DNA from: Chthoniobacterales bacterium
GTDB taxonomy: Bacteria; Verrucomicrobiota; Verrucomicrobiia; Chthoniobacterales; DASVRZ01
Assembly: GCA_036388355.1 (NCBI GenBank)
Contig: DASVRZ010000017.1
Coordinates: 6,514-70,513, forward strand
DNA length: 64,000 nucleotides
Direction: 5' to 3'
Made by a program: the position numbers and the translations under genes
The notes under the pieces: model-generated
What the model was told of the DNA's origin: nothing
The model's input: only the letters and a program-made list of their open reading frames with translations
The model's database searches: none
Part shown: positions 46,262 to 55,871 of the stretch, one piece after another
Layout of the letters: each line of letters begins with the position of its first letter
Numbering within the stretch: the first letter of the stretch is position 1

Positions 46262-47560
46262 ATGTCCGAGCACGAATCTCTCCGCACGATGGATTACGCA
46301 GCGCTGCAGCAATGCATGCACTGCGGCATGTGTTTGCCCACTTGCCCGACCTACGACGCGACCGGCCAGGAACGCAACAGCCCGCGCGGCCGCATCTCGT
46401 TGATGCGGGCTATCGCAGACGGAAAGCTAGATGCGACGAAAGCTTTCGGCGAGGAGATGTATTTTTGCCTCGGCTGTCTGGCCTGCGAGACCGCCTGTCC
46501 AGCGGGCGTGCAATACGGCCACCTCTTTGAAGTGGCTCGTGCCGAAGTGGAGAAATCTGGCGCATTGGATAATCCCAAACGCAACGCCATTCGCTCTCTG
46601 CTCCTGCGCGGATTATTCACCCGCCCACGCCTCTTGCGGCTCGTCGGGCGCGGTCTGTGGTTCTACCAAAACAGTGGCGCACAGTGGCTGGTGCGCACGC
46701 TGAGATTAACTGCGCTACTTCCAAAGAAACTTCGCAATTTGGAAGGCCAAACACCCACGGCGTTGTCACAATTTTCCAACGACCTCATTCATGTGCGCGA
46801 GCAACCCGGGAAGCCCCGATATCAGGTCGGGATGCTCACCGGTTGTGTGCAGGACATCGTGCTGTCGGATGTGAATCGCGACACGGTGGACGTGTTGCTA
46901 GCGAACCAATGCGCGGTGCACACGCCGCGGGTGCAAGTCTGTTGCGGGTCGCTCCACGTGCATAATGGTGAGCTTCACGCCGCGAGTCATTTGGCGCGTC
47001 AGTTGATCGATGCTTTCGATGTGGAAAACCTCGATGCCATCATTACCAACGCCGCCGGCTGTGGCTCACACCTAAAAACCTACGGGCGGCTCCTGAAAGA
47101 TGATCCGGCATATGCAGAGCGTGCTGCGTTGTGGTCGCGCAAGCTGAAGGACATCAACGAATTCCTCGGCGAAATCGGAATCCAGCCACCATCTACGAAG
47201 GCGCCCGCCACGGCTCGAAACGTCACTTACCACGAAGCGTGCCATTTGTGTCACGGGCAGAAAATCACCCGTCAGCCGCGGGAGGTTCTCCGCAGTATTC
47301 CCGGACTCAACCTAGTCGAACTTCCGGAGTCCACCTGGTGCTGCGGCAGTGCTGGAATTTACAACATCACGCAACCCGAGATGGCCGGCGAGCTTCAGGA
47401 GCGAAAACTGAAGAACATCATTTCCACCGGCGTTCACACCGTCGCCACCGCGAACCCAGGGTGTCATTTGCAACTGGTGGATGGCGCGCGGAAAGCGGGA
47501 TATCCGCTGGAGGTGGTGCATCCCGTCACCTTGCTGGCGCGGGCTTATCGCGGCGAGTAG
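46262..47560 (+). CDS. glcF: Glycolate oxidase Fe-S subunit, GlcF-like
   Basis: [61 protein letters not shown]. Confidence 0.85.
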   Translation: MSEHESLRTMDYAALQQCMHCGMCLPTCPTYDATGQERNSPRGRISLMRAIADGKLDATKAFGEEMYFCLGCLACETACPAGVQYGHLFEVARAEVEKSGALDNPKRNAIRSLLLRGLFTRPRLLRLVGRGLWFYQNSGAQWLVRTLRLTALLPKKLRNLEGQTPTALSQFSNDLIHVREQPGKPRYQVGMLTGCVQDIVLSDVNRDTVDVLLANQCAVHTPRVQVCCGSLHVHNGELHAASHLARQLIDAFDVENLDAIITNAAGCGSHLKTYGRLLKDDPAYAERAALWSRKLKDINEFLGEIGIQPPSTKAPATARNVTYHEACHLCHGQKITRQPREVLRSIPGLNLVELPESTWCCGSAGIYNITQPEMAGELQERKLKNIISTGVHTVATANPGCHLQLVDGARKAGYPLEVVHPVTLLARAYRGE

Positions 47561-47634
47561 CGCCTTTCGAGAATGAAGCTCCGCCGCACTCATGTGCTGC
47601 TTCCGCGAGCTCCTGGTGTATAATCGTTTCAGCC

Positions 47635-49290
47635 ATGCCTGAATTCCTCTACCAAGAACCTTTCCCGCTCGGATCTGACGAAACTGAATATTACCTGCTG
47701 AGCCGCGACGGTATTTCCGAAGCCGAGTTCGACGGGAAGCCGATTCTGCGGGTGGACCCTTCCGCGCTAACCGCTCTCGCCCGTGCCGCATTTCACGATT
47801 GCGCTTACATGCTGCGCCCGGCGCACCTGGCCCAAGTCGCCGCCATTCTCGATGATCCGGAAGCCAGCGAAAATGACCGTTATGTGGCGCTGACGTTGTT
47901 GCGCAACGCAGAGGTGGCAGCCAAAGGTGTGCTGCCCTTCTGTCAGGACACCGGCACGGCAAACGTCATTGGAAAGAAGGGCCAGCAGGTCTGGACCGGC
48001 GGTGGAGACGAGGCGGCGTTATCCCGCGGAATTCACGAGACCTACACCACCGAGAATCTGCGTTATTCGCAGACGGTCGCGCTGGACATGTATGAGGAAA
48101 AGAACTCCGGCAATAACCTTCCGGCGCAGATCGATCTCTACGCGACGGGCGGCGCTGAATACAAATTTCTCTTCGTAGCCAAAGGCGGTGGATCGGCGAA
48201 CAAGACGTATCTTTTCCAGGAGACCAAAGCGCTACTGAACCCCACCACGTTGGTGAAGACGTTGGTTGAAAAAATGAAGGGGCTCGGCACCGCCGCGTGT
48301 CCTCCGTATCACATAGCTTTCGTGATTGGCGGCACCAGCGCGGAGGCATGTTTGAAAACGGTGAAGCTCGCTTCCACCAAATATCTCGACGCGCTTCCAG
48401 AAAAAGGAAACGCGCTCGGTCAAGCTTTCAGAGATCGCGAGCTAGAAGCGCAACTCCTCAAGGCGGCGCAAGAACTCGGCATCGGCGCGCAGTTTGGCGG
48501 CAAATATTTTGCACTCGATGTGCGCGTGGTTCGGCTGCCACGACACGGTGCATCGTGTCCAGTTGGGATGGGAGTTTCCTGTTCTGCGGATCGCAATATC
48601 AAGGCGAAGATCAATCACGGCGGGATCTGGTTGGAGAAGCTGGAAGTGCATCCGGAGAGGTTTATTCCCGACAGCTTCCGCAAGAGCGCCACAGAAGGGA
48701 CCGTCGTGAAAATCGATCTCAACCGGCCGATGGAAGACATCCGGACGGAGCTCTCTAAATATCCTGTCGCCACACGGCTTTCACTTCACGGCACGATCAT
48801 CGTCGGCCGCGACATTGCCCACGCGAAACTGAAGGAACGCATCGATGCTGGCAACGGACTGCCAGATTACATCAAGGCACATCCTGTCTATTACGCCGGC
48901 CCGGCCAAGACTCCAGACGGCATGCCGAGCGGATCCTTTGGTCCCACTACCGCTGGCCGCATGGACAGCTACGTCGATCTATTTCAAAGCCACGGCGGCT
49001 CCATGATCATGCTCGCAAAAGGCAACCGCAGCCAGCAAGTCACCGACGCCTGCAAGCGGTATGGCGGATTTTATCTCGGCAGCATCGGCGGCCCGGCAGC
49101 CATTCTCGCGCAGGACAACATCAAGAAAGTGGAAGTGCTGGAGTATCCCGAACTCGGGATGGAAGCGATCTGGAAAATCGAAGTGGAAGACTTCCCTGCG
49201 TTCATCTTGGTGGACGACAAAGGCAACGATTTCTTCCAGCAGATCAACAACGGCTCCTGCGCCAAGTGCGTGCCGGTCACCGCGGGTTAG
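47635..49290 (+). CDS. fumA: Class I (Fe-S) fumarate hydratase
   Basis: [54 protein letters not shown]. Start at ATG 47635. Confidence 0.93.
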   Translation: MPEFLYQEPFPLGSDETEYYLLSRDGISEAEFDGKPILRVDPSALTALARAAFHDCAYMLRPAHLAQVAAILDDPEASENDRYVALTLLRNAEVAAKGVLPFCQDTGTANVIGKKGQQVWTGGGDEAALSRGIHETYTTENLRYSQTVALDMYEEKNSGNNLPAQIDLYATGGAEYKFLFVAKGGGSANKTYLFQETKALLNPTTLVKTLVEKMKGLGTAACPPYHIAFVIGGTSAEACLKTVKLASTKYLDALPEKGNALGQAFRDRELEAQLLKAAQELGIGAQFGGKYFALDVRVVRLPRHGASCPVGMGVSCSADRNIKAKINHGGIWLEKLEVHPERFIPDSFRKSATEGTVVKIDLNRPMEDIRTELSKYPVATRLSLHGTIIVGRDIAHAKLKERIDAGNGLPDYIKAHPVYYAGPAKTPDGMPSGSFGPTTAGRMDSYVDLFQSHGGSMIMLAKGNRSQQVTDACKRYGGFYLGSIGGPAAILAQDNIKKVEVLEYPELGMEAIWKIEVEDFPAFILVDDKGNDFFQQINNGSCAKCVPVTAG

Positions 49291-49344
49291 CGGTTTTCTG
49301 GAGTTCCGTCTGCACCTACAAGGGACCCCGTTTCGGAGCCTTGA

Positions 49345-50100
49345 TTACTTTCCGCGGCGAAGGTTCTTTTGAAAGAAAGAGGTCCCCCGCGCTACGATGT
49401 CAGCGTAAATCGGCATCGAGAAGATGTGCCCTTCCCCCGGATAGAAATGCACCTCCGGTTTCCCGCCGACACTGCGCAAGCTCTTCTCGAGTTTCCGCGC
49501 TTCGGCGGGCAACACGCGGCGATCGTCCTCTCCGTGTAAGATGAGGGTGGGGCCGGTGCGTTCAGCCAGACGCTGAGAATTTTCATCGATACCCCCAGAC
49601 AAAATCACAGTTGCAGCGACTTGTGGATTCCTAACATCGGCCGCTGCTGCAAGGTATCCGCCAAGAGAGTAACCAAAGATTCCGACCTTCGCTTCTGGAC
49701 GCTTCTGACGGATGACTTTGATCGCATCATTCACGGTCGCCGACCAGTCGTTGAAGGAGCGACGAATGATCGCTTCGTCCGCGTAATTCGTTTCCGTCCG
49801 GTCGAAGTAATGGAGCAGATAGACCACGAAACCTTGCTGCGCGAAACTGGAAGCCAGGCCGGCAATGAAGCGATTGGCGAAGGCCACGCCGGTTGATCCA
49901 TGGAGGACCAAAATAGCGGGCGTGTCTGGACTTGGAGAATCGGAGAACGTCTCCATCCGGATCATTTTCCCTCCGCTTTCGAAACGCTCGGTTTGGGTCC
50001 GGGCTTCAGCAAGAGAAGAGGGAAAAGGTAAGACTGACATGATGAGGAGAAGGGCTAAGAGTTTCACAGCAAGTGAGGATGGACGCCCATCCTGCTCCAT
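49345..50100 (-). CDS. Dienelactone hydrolase-like alpha/beta hydrolase, exported
   Basis: VLHGS, GYSLGG nucleophile elbow, LHGEDD, GEGH; N-terminal hydrophobic signal. Confidence 0.85.
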   Translation of the reverse strand: MEQDGRPSSLAVKLLALLLIMSVLPFPSSLAEARTQTERFESGGKMIRMETFSDSPSPDTPAILVLHGSTGVAFANRFIAGLASSFAQQGFVVYLLHYFDRTETNYADEAIIRRSFNDWSATVNDAIKVIRQKRPEAKVGIFGYSLGGYLAAAADVRNPQVAATVILSGGIDENSQRLAERTGPTLILHGEDDRRVLPAEARKLEKSLRSVGGKPEVHFYPGEGHIFSMPIYADIVARGTSFFQKNLRRGK

Positions 50101-50252
50101 TTCGATGGTGAATGGATTCGTGGTTGTTTCTCTTTGGCGGATCGCCCCTGCCTGTGGGTTGCGTCAGGGGAAAGGATTATCGCTGTTCCCAACTACGCGC
50201 CGCGTCTCGGCCCGTGGAAACTCCTCGGGCTCCGCGATCTCCAGACCTTCCC

Positions 50253-50534
50253 TTACGCGCCGAAGTCTGGATCTTCCGCAGCGATGCGCTGTTCGCTATC
50301 TGCGATGTCCAGACCTTCGTCCGTCAGCTGCTCGGTTGGAGGAACATTGTCTTCCAACGGCACGCGTGGAACCATGCCTCCTGAGCTCACCGGCGATTCA
50401 TCCCAAGCGATCAGTTTTTCCGTTTGCTCATCCACTTCCGGCTCGGCAGAAGTCTCGGTAACCTCTTCCTGTGCGGCCATGTCGATGGCTTGGGGATCCA
50501 CTTCGTCGAAATCGCGGTCTGGTGTCGTGCTCAT
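50253..50534 (-). CDS. Small acidic hypothetical protein
   Basis: 93 aa from ATG 50534 (MSTTPDRDFDEVDP...), very Asp/Glu-rich, with a purine-rich RBS. Confidence 0.65.
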   Translation of the reverse strand: MSTTPDRDFDEVDPQAIDMAAQEEVTETSAEPEVDEQTEKLIAWDESPVSSGGMVPRVPLEDNVPPTEQLTDEGLDIADSEQRIAAEDPDFGA

Positions 50535-50583
50535 GCTCTCTCTTCGAAAATGAGCGGCCGAATGGCCGTTCGCTTCGGAGCAA

Positions 50584-51783
50584 TTAGGCAGGTCGCTGGA
50601 AGAACTCAGCGATCTTCTCGACCACGTAGTTCTGCTGCTCGGGCCGAAGTTCTGGAAAGATCGGCAGCGCGAGCGTTTCTTCTGCGGCCTGCTCAGAGAG
50701 CGGGAAATCGCCCTTGCGATAGCCGAGATACGCAAAGCATTCCTGCTGGTGGAGCGAGAGCGGGTAATAGACTTCGCAGCCAATTTTGTTCGCCTGCAGA
50801 TGAGCTTTGAGAGCATCCCGCCGTCCGGTGCGGATGACGTATTGGTTGTAGATATGGTGGTGCTTGAGATCGCGATTTGCGTAGGGCTCAATAGGCAGCG
50901 TGATATTCTCCAGCAGACCGGCAGCCGTGAAGAGTTCCCGGTAACGGGCGGCATTATCATTCCGCGCTCCAGACCAATCGTCGAGGTAAAGAAGCTTGGC
51001 TTGCAGGACGGTGGCTTGGATCGCGTCCATGCGGAAGTTCCCGCCAATGAGGCTGTGGTAGTAGCGCGGCGCCATGCCGTGGTTGCGCAAGGCGTCGATG
51101 CGCGCGGCGAGATCTGCATCCCGGCAGGTCGCCATGCCAGCGTCGCCGAAGGCGCCGAGATTCTTCGTCGGGTAGAAACTGAAATAGCTGCTTTCCGTCA
51201 TCGAACCGCAACGCCCCGCGGTGCCGTCGGAAAGCGGATACTCCGCGCCGATTGACTGCGCGGAATCTTCCATGACATGCAGCCCGTATTCCTGCCCGAT
51301 GGCGCGGAAGGCATTCATCTCCGCACAGCAGCCAAAGAGATGCACCGGGATGATGGCCCTCAGGGTGAGTCCCTTGTCGTTGACGATGGTGCCATCGGAC
51401 GAGTGATGACAATGCTCCTCGAGGTACTCGCGGACTTTGACCGGGTCCAGATTGTACGTCGTCGGATCAATGTCCGCAAAGATCGGCGTTGCTCCGAGCC
51501 GCGCGATGCATCCAGCCGTCGCAAAGAATGTGTAGGGCGTGGTGATCACGGCATCGCCAGGCCCGATGTCGAGAGCCATGAGAATGACGAGCTGCGCGTC
51601 CGTTCCTGATGAGGTGCCAAACGCGTAATTTGCGCCGCAGTATTCCGAGAGATCATGCTCCAGCTCGACCACTTTCGGGCCCAGGCAAAAACCTTGGGTT
51701 TCGCAGACGGCAGCGATGCGTTTTTGGACTTGATCGCGCAGCGTTGCGTATTGGAGCTTCAGATCGAGCAGCGGGACTTCCAT
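50584..51783 (-). CDS. DegT/DnrJ/EryC1/StrS family aminotransferase
   Basis: SSGTDA, TPYTFFAT, PVHLFG, EDSAQSIGA, SFYPTKNLGAFGDAG, GGNFRMD. Confidence 0.95.
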   Translation of the reverse strand: MEVPLLDLKLQYATLRDQVQKRIAAVCETQGFCLGPKVVELEHDLSEYCGANYAFGTSSGTDAQLVILMALDIGPGDAVITTPYTFFATAGCIARLGATPIFADIDPTTYNLDPVKVREYLEEHCHHSSDGTIVNDKGLTLRAIIPVHLFGCCAEMNAFRAIGQEYGLHVMEDSAQSIGAEYPLSDGTAGRCGSMTESSYFSFYPTKNLGAFGDAGMATCRDADLAARIDALRNHGMAPRYYHSLIGGNFRMDAIQATVLQAKLLYLDDWSGARNDNAARYRELFTAAGLLENITLPIEPYANRDLKHHHIYNQYVIRTGRRDALKAHLQANKIGCEVYYPLSLHQQECFAYLGYRKGDFPLSEQAAEETLALPIFPELRPEQQNYVVEKIAEFFQRPA

Positions 51784-51870
51784 GCGTTTCTTCTACCTCA
51801 GACAGCCTTTCGCGCACAGCGAAAACTCTGTTCGCTATACGTCGCGCGTCTCTTGTGCAACGATGGGCGC

Positions 51871-52527
51871 ATGAAACGTTTTGGGGCTATTTTCGATTGG
51901 GATGGAGTGATCATTGATTCGTCGCGGCATCATGAGGAGAGCTGGGAACGGCTGTCTGCCGAGATCGGAAAGCCGCTGCCGGAAGGGCATTTCAAACGTG
52001 GCTTTGGAATGAAGAACGAGTGGATTATCCCTAACTTGCTGAAGTGGTCCAACGAAGTGGAAGAGGTCGCCGCGTTATCGCTGCGGAAGGAAGCGCTCTA
52101 TCGCGAGGTGGTCGCCGACTGGGGCATTGAGGCACTGCCGGGTGTGGTCGATTGGCTCGAAACATTAAAGGCCGCGGGGATCCCGCGCGTGATCGGATCC
52201 TCCACCCATCGGCTGAATATCGAGACGACGCTGGACCGGCTGGGATTGCGCGATGCCTTCGATGACATTGTTTGTGCTGAGGATGTGACGGCGGGAAAAC
52301 CCGACCCTCAGGTGTTTCTGAAAGCCTCCTCGAAGGCGGGTATCGCGCCGGAACTTTGCGTGGTCTTTGAAGACGCGCATGTCGGAATCGAAGCGGCGCA
52401 ACGGGCTGGAATGCGGGTGATCGCCGTGGCCACCACGAATCCCATCGAGGAGTTGGGAAAGGCCGATCTCGCGGTGCATTCCCTTGCCGAGTTGAGCATG
52501 GAGCGGGTTGCGAATCTCTTCGCTTAG
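51871..52527 (+). CDS. HAD family phosphatase (beta-phosphoglucomutase-like)
   Basis: FDWDGVIIDS, GSS, GKPDP, VFEDAHVG. Start at ATG 51871. Confidence 0.9.
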   Translation: MKRFGAIFDWDGVIIDSSRHHEESWERLSAEIGKPLPEGHFKRGFGMKNEWIIPNLLKWSNEVEEVAALSLRKEALYREVVADWGIEALPGVVDWLETLKAAGIPRVIGSSTHRLNIETTLDRLGLRDAFDDIVCAEDVTAGKPDPQVFLKASSKAGIAPELCVVFEDAHVGIEAAQRAGMRVIAVATTNPIEELGKADLAVHSLAELSMERVANLFA

Positions 52528-52629
52528 CCGGGCTGTGAAGGCGCGGCGGCGACGCCAGAGGCCTAAAAAAGCAACCGCTTCGCTGTGGAGATCGATTTAT
52601 CTCTTGTAACCGCGTTCTTCCCTGAGGGG

Positions 52630-53100
52630 ATGAACCCACAACCCAAGACTCCCATGAAAACAGCAGCGACCGTCGATATACTCAATGACCTGATCCAGAT
52701 CTGTAAAGATGGTCAGGACGGATTTCGGGATGCTTCGGAAAACGTTCGTCATTCCGACCTGAAAACCCTCTTCTCGCAATACTCCCTCCAACGTTCCAAA
52801 TTTGCCGGAGACCTTCAGCAACACGTGATCAACCTCGGCGAGGACGCCGAAAAAAGCAGCAGCATCGCCAGCGCGCTTCACCGTGGATGGATCGACTTGA
52901 AGTCCGCCTTCACGAAGGGCAGTGACCACGCGATTCTGGCCGAGTGCGAACGCGGCGAAGATCACGCCGTTGCGGCCTACAAAGACGCCTTGGATCAGGA
53001 CCTGCCTTCGAACATTCGGAACGAGATCCAGGAGCAACTCGCAGCGGTGCAAGCCGCGCATGACGACATCTGCGACCGCCGGGATTCGACTGCTGAATAG
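52630..53100 (+). CDS. PA2169/DUF2383 family four-helix bundle protein
   Basis: LNDLIQICKDGQDGF, LHRGWIDLK, ILAECERGED.A..AY..AL. Alternative start at 52654. Confidence 0.9.
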   Translation: MNPQPKTPMKTAATVDILNDLIQICKDGQDGFRDASENVRHSDLKTLFSQYSLQRSKFAGDLQQHVINLGEDAEKSSSIASALHRGWIDLKSAFTKGSDHAILAECERGEDHAVAAYKDALDQDLPSNIRNEIQEQLAAVQAAHDDICDRRDSTAE

Positions 53101-53120
53101 AACGCGCAATCTTCCACTCA

Positions 53121-53154
53121 GCCCCGCAGGATCGAAAGGTCCCGCGGGGTTTTT
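53121..53154 (+). terminator. Rho-independent terminator
   Basis: CCCCGCAGGATC-GAAA-GGTCCCGCGGGG followed by TTTTT. Confidence 0.8.
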
Positions 53155-53255
53155 CGTTTCAGTCAGCGTCCAGAGTTCGCATCACGCGACGCCCAGACAT
53201 TTCAGGGCTTGCAGTTTTTCTCTTTCTGCGGGAATCTTGCCGCTCTGCCAATAAA

Positions 53256-53329
53256 CGGGCTGTAGCACAGCTTGGTAGTGCGCTTGAATGGGGTTCAAGA
53301 GGTCGCTGGTTCGAATCCAGTCAGCCCGA
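53256..53329 (+). tRNA. tRNA-Pro(GGG)
   Basis: CGGGCTG...CAGCCCG-A acceptor stem, anticodon arm CTTGA-ATGGGGT-TCAAG, GTTCGAATCC. CCA not encoded. Confidence 0.95.
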
Positions 53330-53639
53330 TTTGGCAAATCTCGCGGCCCAGCCGCAAATTTTGGGTGCCACGTTAGTGCCAACCTCGCCACACTTCTCCA
53401 GGCGGTCGGTCGCGACGCTTTAACGTTAAAGGTTTTAACAAAAACCTCTTGGGATTCAGTGCGCTCAGCAGACGTGTCCAGGAAACTGGACAAAGACAGC
53501 AGCAGTAATGGGAAGCTTAACGTGTAAACCGTCCAGGAAACTGCAGAAGCGCCACTTCAGCGTTAATGCAACGAACCTATACTAACCGGGCGAAATGTCC
53601 GCTAGTGCACCCAAGGAGCAACAGTCCCGCCGGAACTGA

Positions 53640-53774
53640 TTATTTTCTCACGCCACGGCCCATATGGAAGCCCTCTTCGTCCTGGTATCCTTCCACGGCA
53701 TTAGTGCAGGCCCACAGCAGCACGAGACAACTCGTTAGGAAAAAGGCTGCGACGATGGAGAGAAGTATTTGCAT
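53640..53774 (-). CDS. 44-aa small membrane protein with EGYQDEEGFH motif
   Basis: MQILLSIVAAFFLTSCLVLLWACTNAVEGYQDEEGFHMGRGVRK*, a TM helix plus acidic motif. Below the ORF-track length cutoff. Confidence 0.6.
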   Translation of the reverse strand: MQILLSIVAAFFLTSCLVLLWACTNAVEGYQDEEGFHMGRGVRK

Positions 53775-54009
53775 GTTCTTGGGGGGTAAAAAGACGGGGG
53801 GAAACAATCGATCTTGCTAAATATATTTTCGAATCGGTCCATTGCTTGGGAGCGGATGTATCATTCGATCATGTCGCACGCAGCGCAGGCGCACTCACCG
53901 TCACGTTGCGCGCCGTTGCCTCGAACAGTGACAAGTTCCATACAATCGGGGAATGGCCCTACCGCGAACTATAGTTGTCAATCAACAACACTAATCGAAA
54001 GGAAATATT

Positions 54010-54174
54010 ATGATCTCTTGGGCAGTTACATTCCTCGTTATTGCACTTATCGCCGCCGTGCTTGGCTTCGGCGGAATTGCGGGAACGGCGGCGGGAATCG
54101 CAAAGATTCTCTTCATCGTTTTTCTCGTCTTGTTCGTCGTTTCCTTCTTCATGGGCCGTAAACCCCCCGTCTAG
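54010..54174 (+). CDS. DUF1328/UPF0391 family small membrane protein
   Basis: [62 protein letters not shown] upstream and terminator downstream. Confidence 0.92.
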   Translation: MISWAVTFLVIALIAAVLGFGGIAGTAAGIAKILFIVFLVLFVVSFFMGRKPPV

Positions 54175-54195
54175 GACACACTTCCAACCCCTCAG

Positions 54196-54226
54196 AAAAC
54201 CGCTGTCTCCGGGCAGCGGTTTTTTT
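54196..54226 (+). terminator. Rho-independent terminator
   Basis: AAAACCGCTGTC-TCCG-GGCAGCGGTTTTTTT. Confidence 0.85.
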
Positions 54227-54296
54227 GTTTTCCCAGCCGCTCGTGAAGTCCATTTACAGCGACCCGCACCGCCTCCATAATTCTTGCCAAACCTGC

Positions 54297-55871
54297 ATGA
54301 TCTCACGCCTGCTCCCCGCCGTTCTCTGCTTTCTGGTCCTTCAGCCCCTGTCGGCACAAACCTCTGACGCCCCAGCAGATGCCTCCCCGGTGAGCACTCC
54401 GAGTAAGCCCGACACGGTGACGGCTCCATCCGCTCCCATTGCACCGAGTGCGCCCGCAGCTCCAGCGAAGGAGATGCGAAAGAGCCTCGTCAGGATTGCA
54501 TGCACCGAGCAGGACGTAGATTACAAAGTGCCTTGGAATCCAGGTCCCGTAGGTGGCGGCGTCGGCGCGGGTTTCGTGATCGAAGGAAACCGTATCCTGA
54601 CCAACGCCCACGTCGTCAGCAACAATCGCTTTCTGACGGTGGAGCGGCAGGGCGATCCAAAAAAGTATGTCGCTTACGTGAAATACATTGCCCATGACTG
54701 CGATCTCGCCCTCATCGATGTGGAGAATCCCGACTTCTTCAAGGGCAGCTCTCCGCTAACATTTGGCGGGATTCCGGAGATCGAGACGGTCGTTTCCGCA
54801 TACGGCTTTCCGATTGGCGGAGACTTGATGTCAGTCACGCGCGGCATCGTTTCGCGGATCGATTTTCAGCCCTATACGCATTCTGGGATTGATTCCCATC
54901 TGGCGATCCAGATCGATGCCCCGATCAATCCGGGCAACTCGGGCGGGCCGGTCATGCAGGATGGAAAAGTCGTCGGCGTCGCCTTCCAAGGCTACAGCGG
55001 CGATCACGCACAAAACGTCGCTTACATGATTCCCACTCCGGTGGTGAATCGCTTCCTTAGGGACATTGAAGATGGTCGTTACGACCATTATGTCGATCTC
55101 TCGCTGAACTACTTCAAGCTCGTGAACCCCGCGCAGCGCGCCGCCTTGAAGCTACCGGACGATGACCGTGGAATCATCGTCACGAGCGTGGCCGCAGCCG
55201 GCTCCAGCGCAGGCGTTCTGCAGCCCGGAGACATTCTGCTCAGCCTCGACGACGTGCCGATTGCCAGCGACGGCTTTGTCCAACTCGGAAATGATCGCAT
55301 CGAGATGATGGAGATCGTGGAACGCAAATTCAAAGGGGACACCGTTGTCTTCCAACTGATCCGCGACGGCAAACCGCACACGGCAAAGGTGACCCTGAAA
55401 TCAGCCTGGCCTTACCTCATGCAGGCGAACACCTACGACAAGCCGCCACGCTATGTGCTCTTTGCGGGGTTGTTGTTTCAGCCGATCAATCGCGACTTCA
55501 TGACGGCTGTGCCGATTGATGATCTGCGCACCCGCTATTTTTACAATTCCTACATCACGGAGGAACTCTACGTCCTGCATCCGGATCTCGTCGTGCTGAG
55601 CAACATCCTCCCCGATCCGGTGAATACCTACCTCGGAGAATTCCGGGGTCACATTGTGGAAAGCATCAATGGCAAGCCCATCAAAGTTCTGGATGATCTC
55701 GCAAGTGCTCTCAGCGAAAAGCAGGACACTTACGTGATCCAATTTCTCGGTGGAGGACGACCCGCCGTTCTGGAGCGCTCCGTGGTGGAGGCTGCGCGCA
55801 CTCGCATCCTCGACCGCTACAACGTCACCAAGGAGCAAAATCTCGCCAACCCTGTGGTTCCTTCGAAATGA
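54297..55871 (+). CDS. HtrA/Deg family serine protease with two PDZ-like domains (Deg2-like), active
   Basis: Signal peptide, TNAHVV, CDLAL, INPGNSGGP triad, YVLFAGLLFQP. Start at ATG 54297. Confidence 0.92.
   Translation: MISRLLPAVLCFLVLQPLSAQTSDAPADASPVSTPSKPDTVTAPSAPIAPSAPAAPAKEMRKSLVRIACTEQDVDYKVPWNPGPVGGGVGAGFVIEGNRILTNAHVVSNNRFLTVERQGDPKKYVAYVKYIAHDCDLALIDVENPDFFKGSSPLTFGGIPEIETVVSAYGFPIGGDLMSVTRGIVSRIDFQPYTHSGIDSHLAIQIDAPINPGNSGGPVMQDGKVVGVAFQGYSGDHAQNVAYMIPTPVVNRFLRDIEDGRYDHYVDLSLNYFKLVNPAQRAALKLPDDDRGIIVTSVAAAGSSAGVLQPGDILLSLDDVPIASDGFVQLGNDRIEMMEIVERKFKGDTVVFQLIRDGKPHTAKVTLKSAWPYLMQANTYDKPPRYVLFAGLLFQPINRDFMTAVPIDDLRTRYFYNSYITEELYVLHPDLVVLSNILPDPVNTYLGEFRGHIVESINGKPIKVLDDLASALSEKQDTYVIQFLGGGRPAVLERSVVEAARTRILDRYNVTKEQNLANPVVPSK

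Noticed and set aside
47131..47634. N-terminal extension making a 719-aa fumarase fusion
   Set aside because: It is an off-frame overlap with glcF; class I fumarase similarity begins at ATG 47635.
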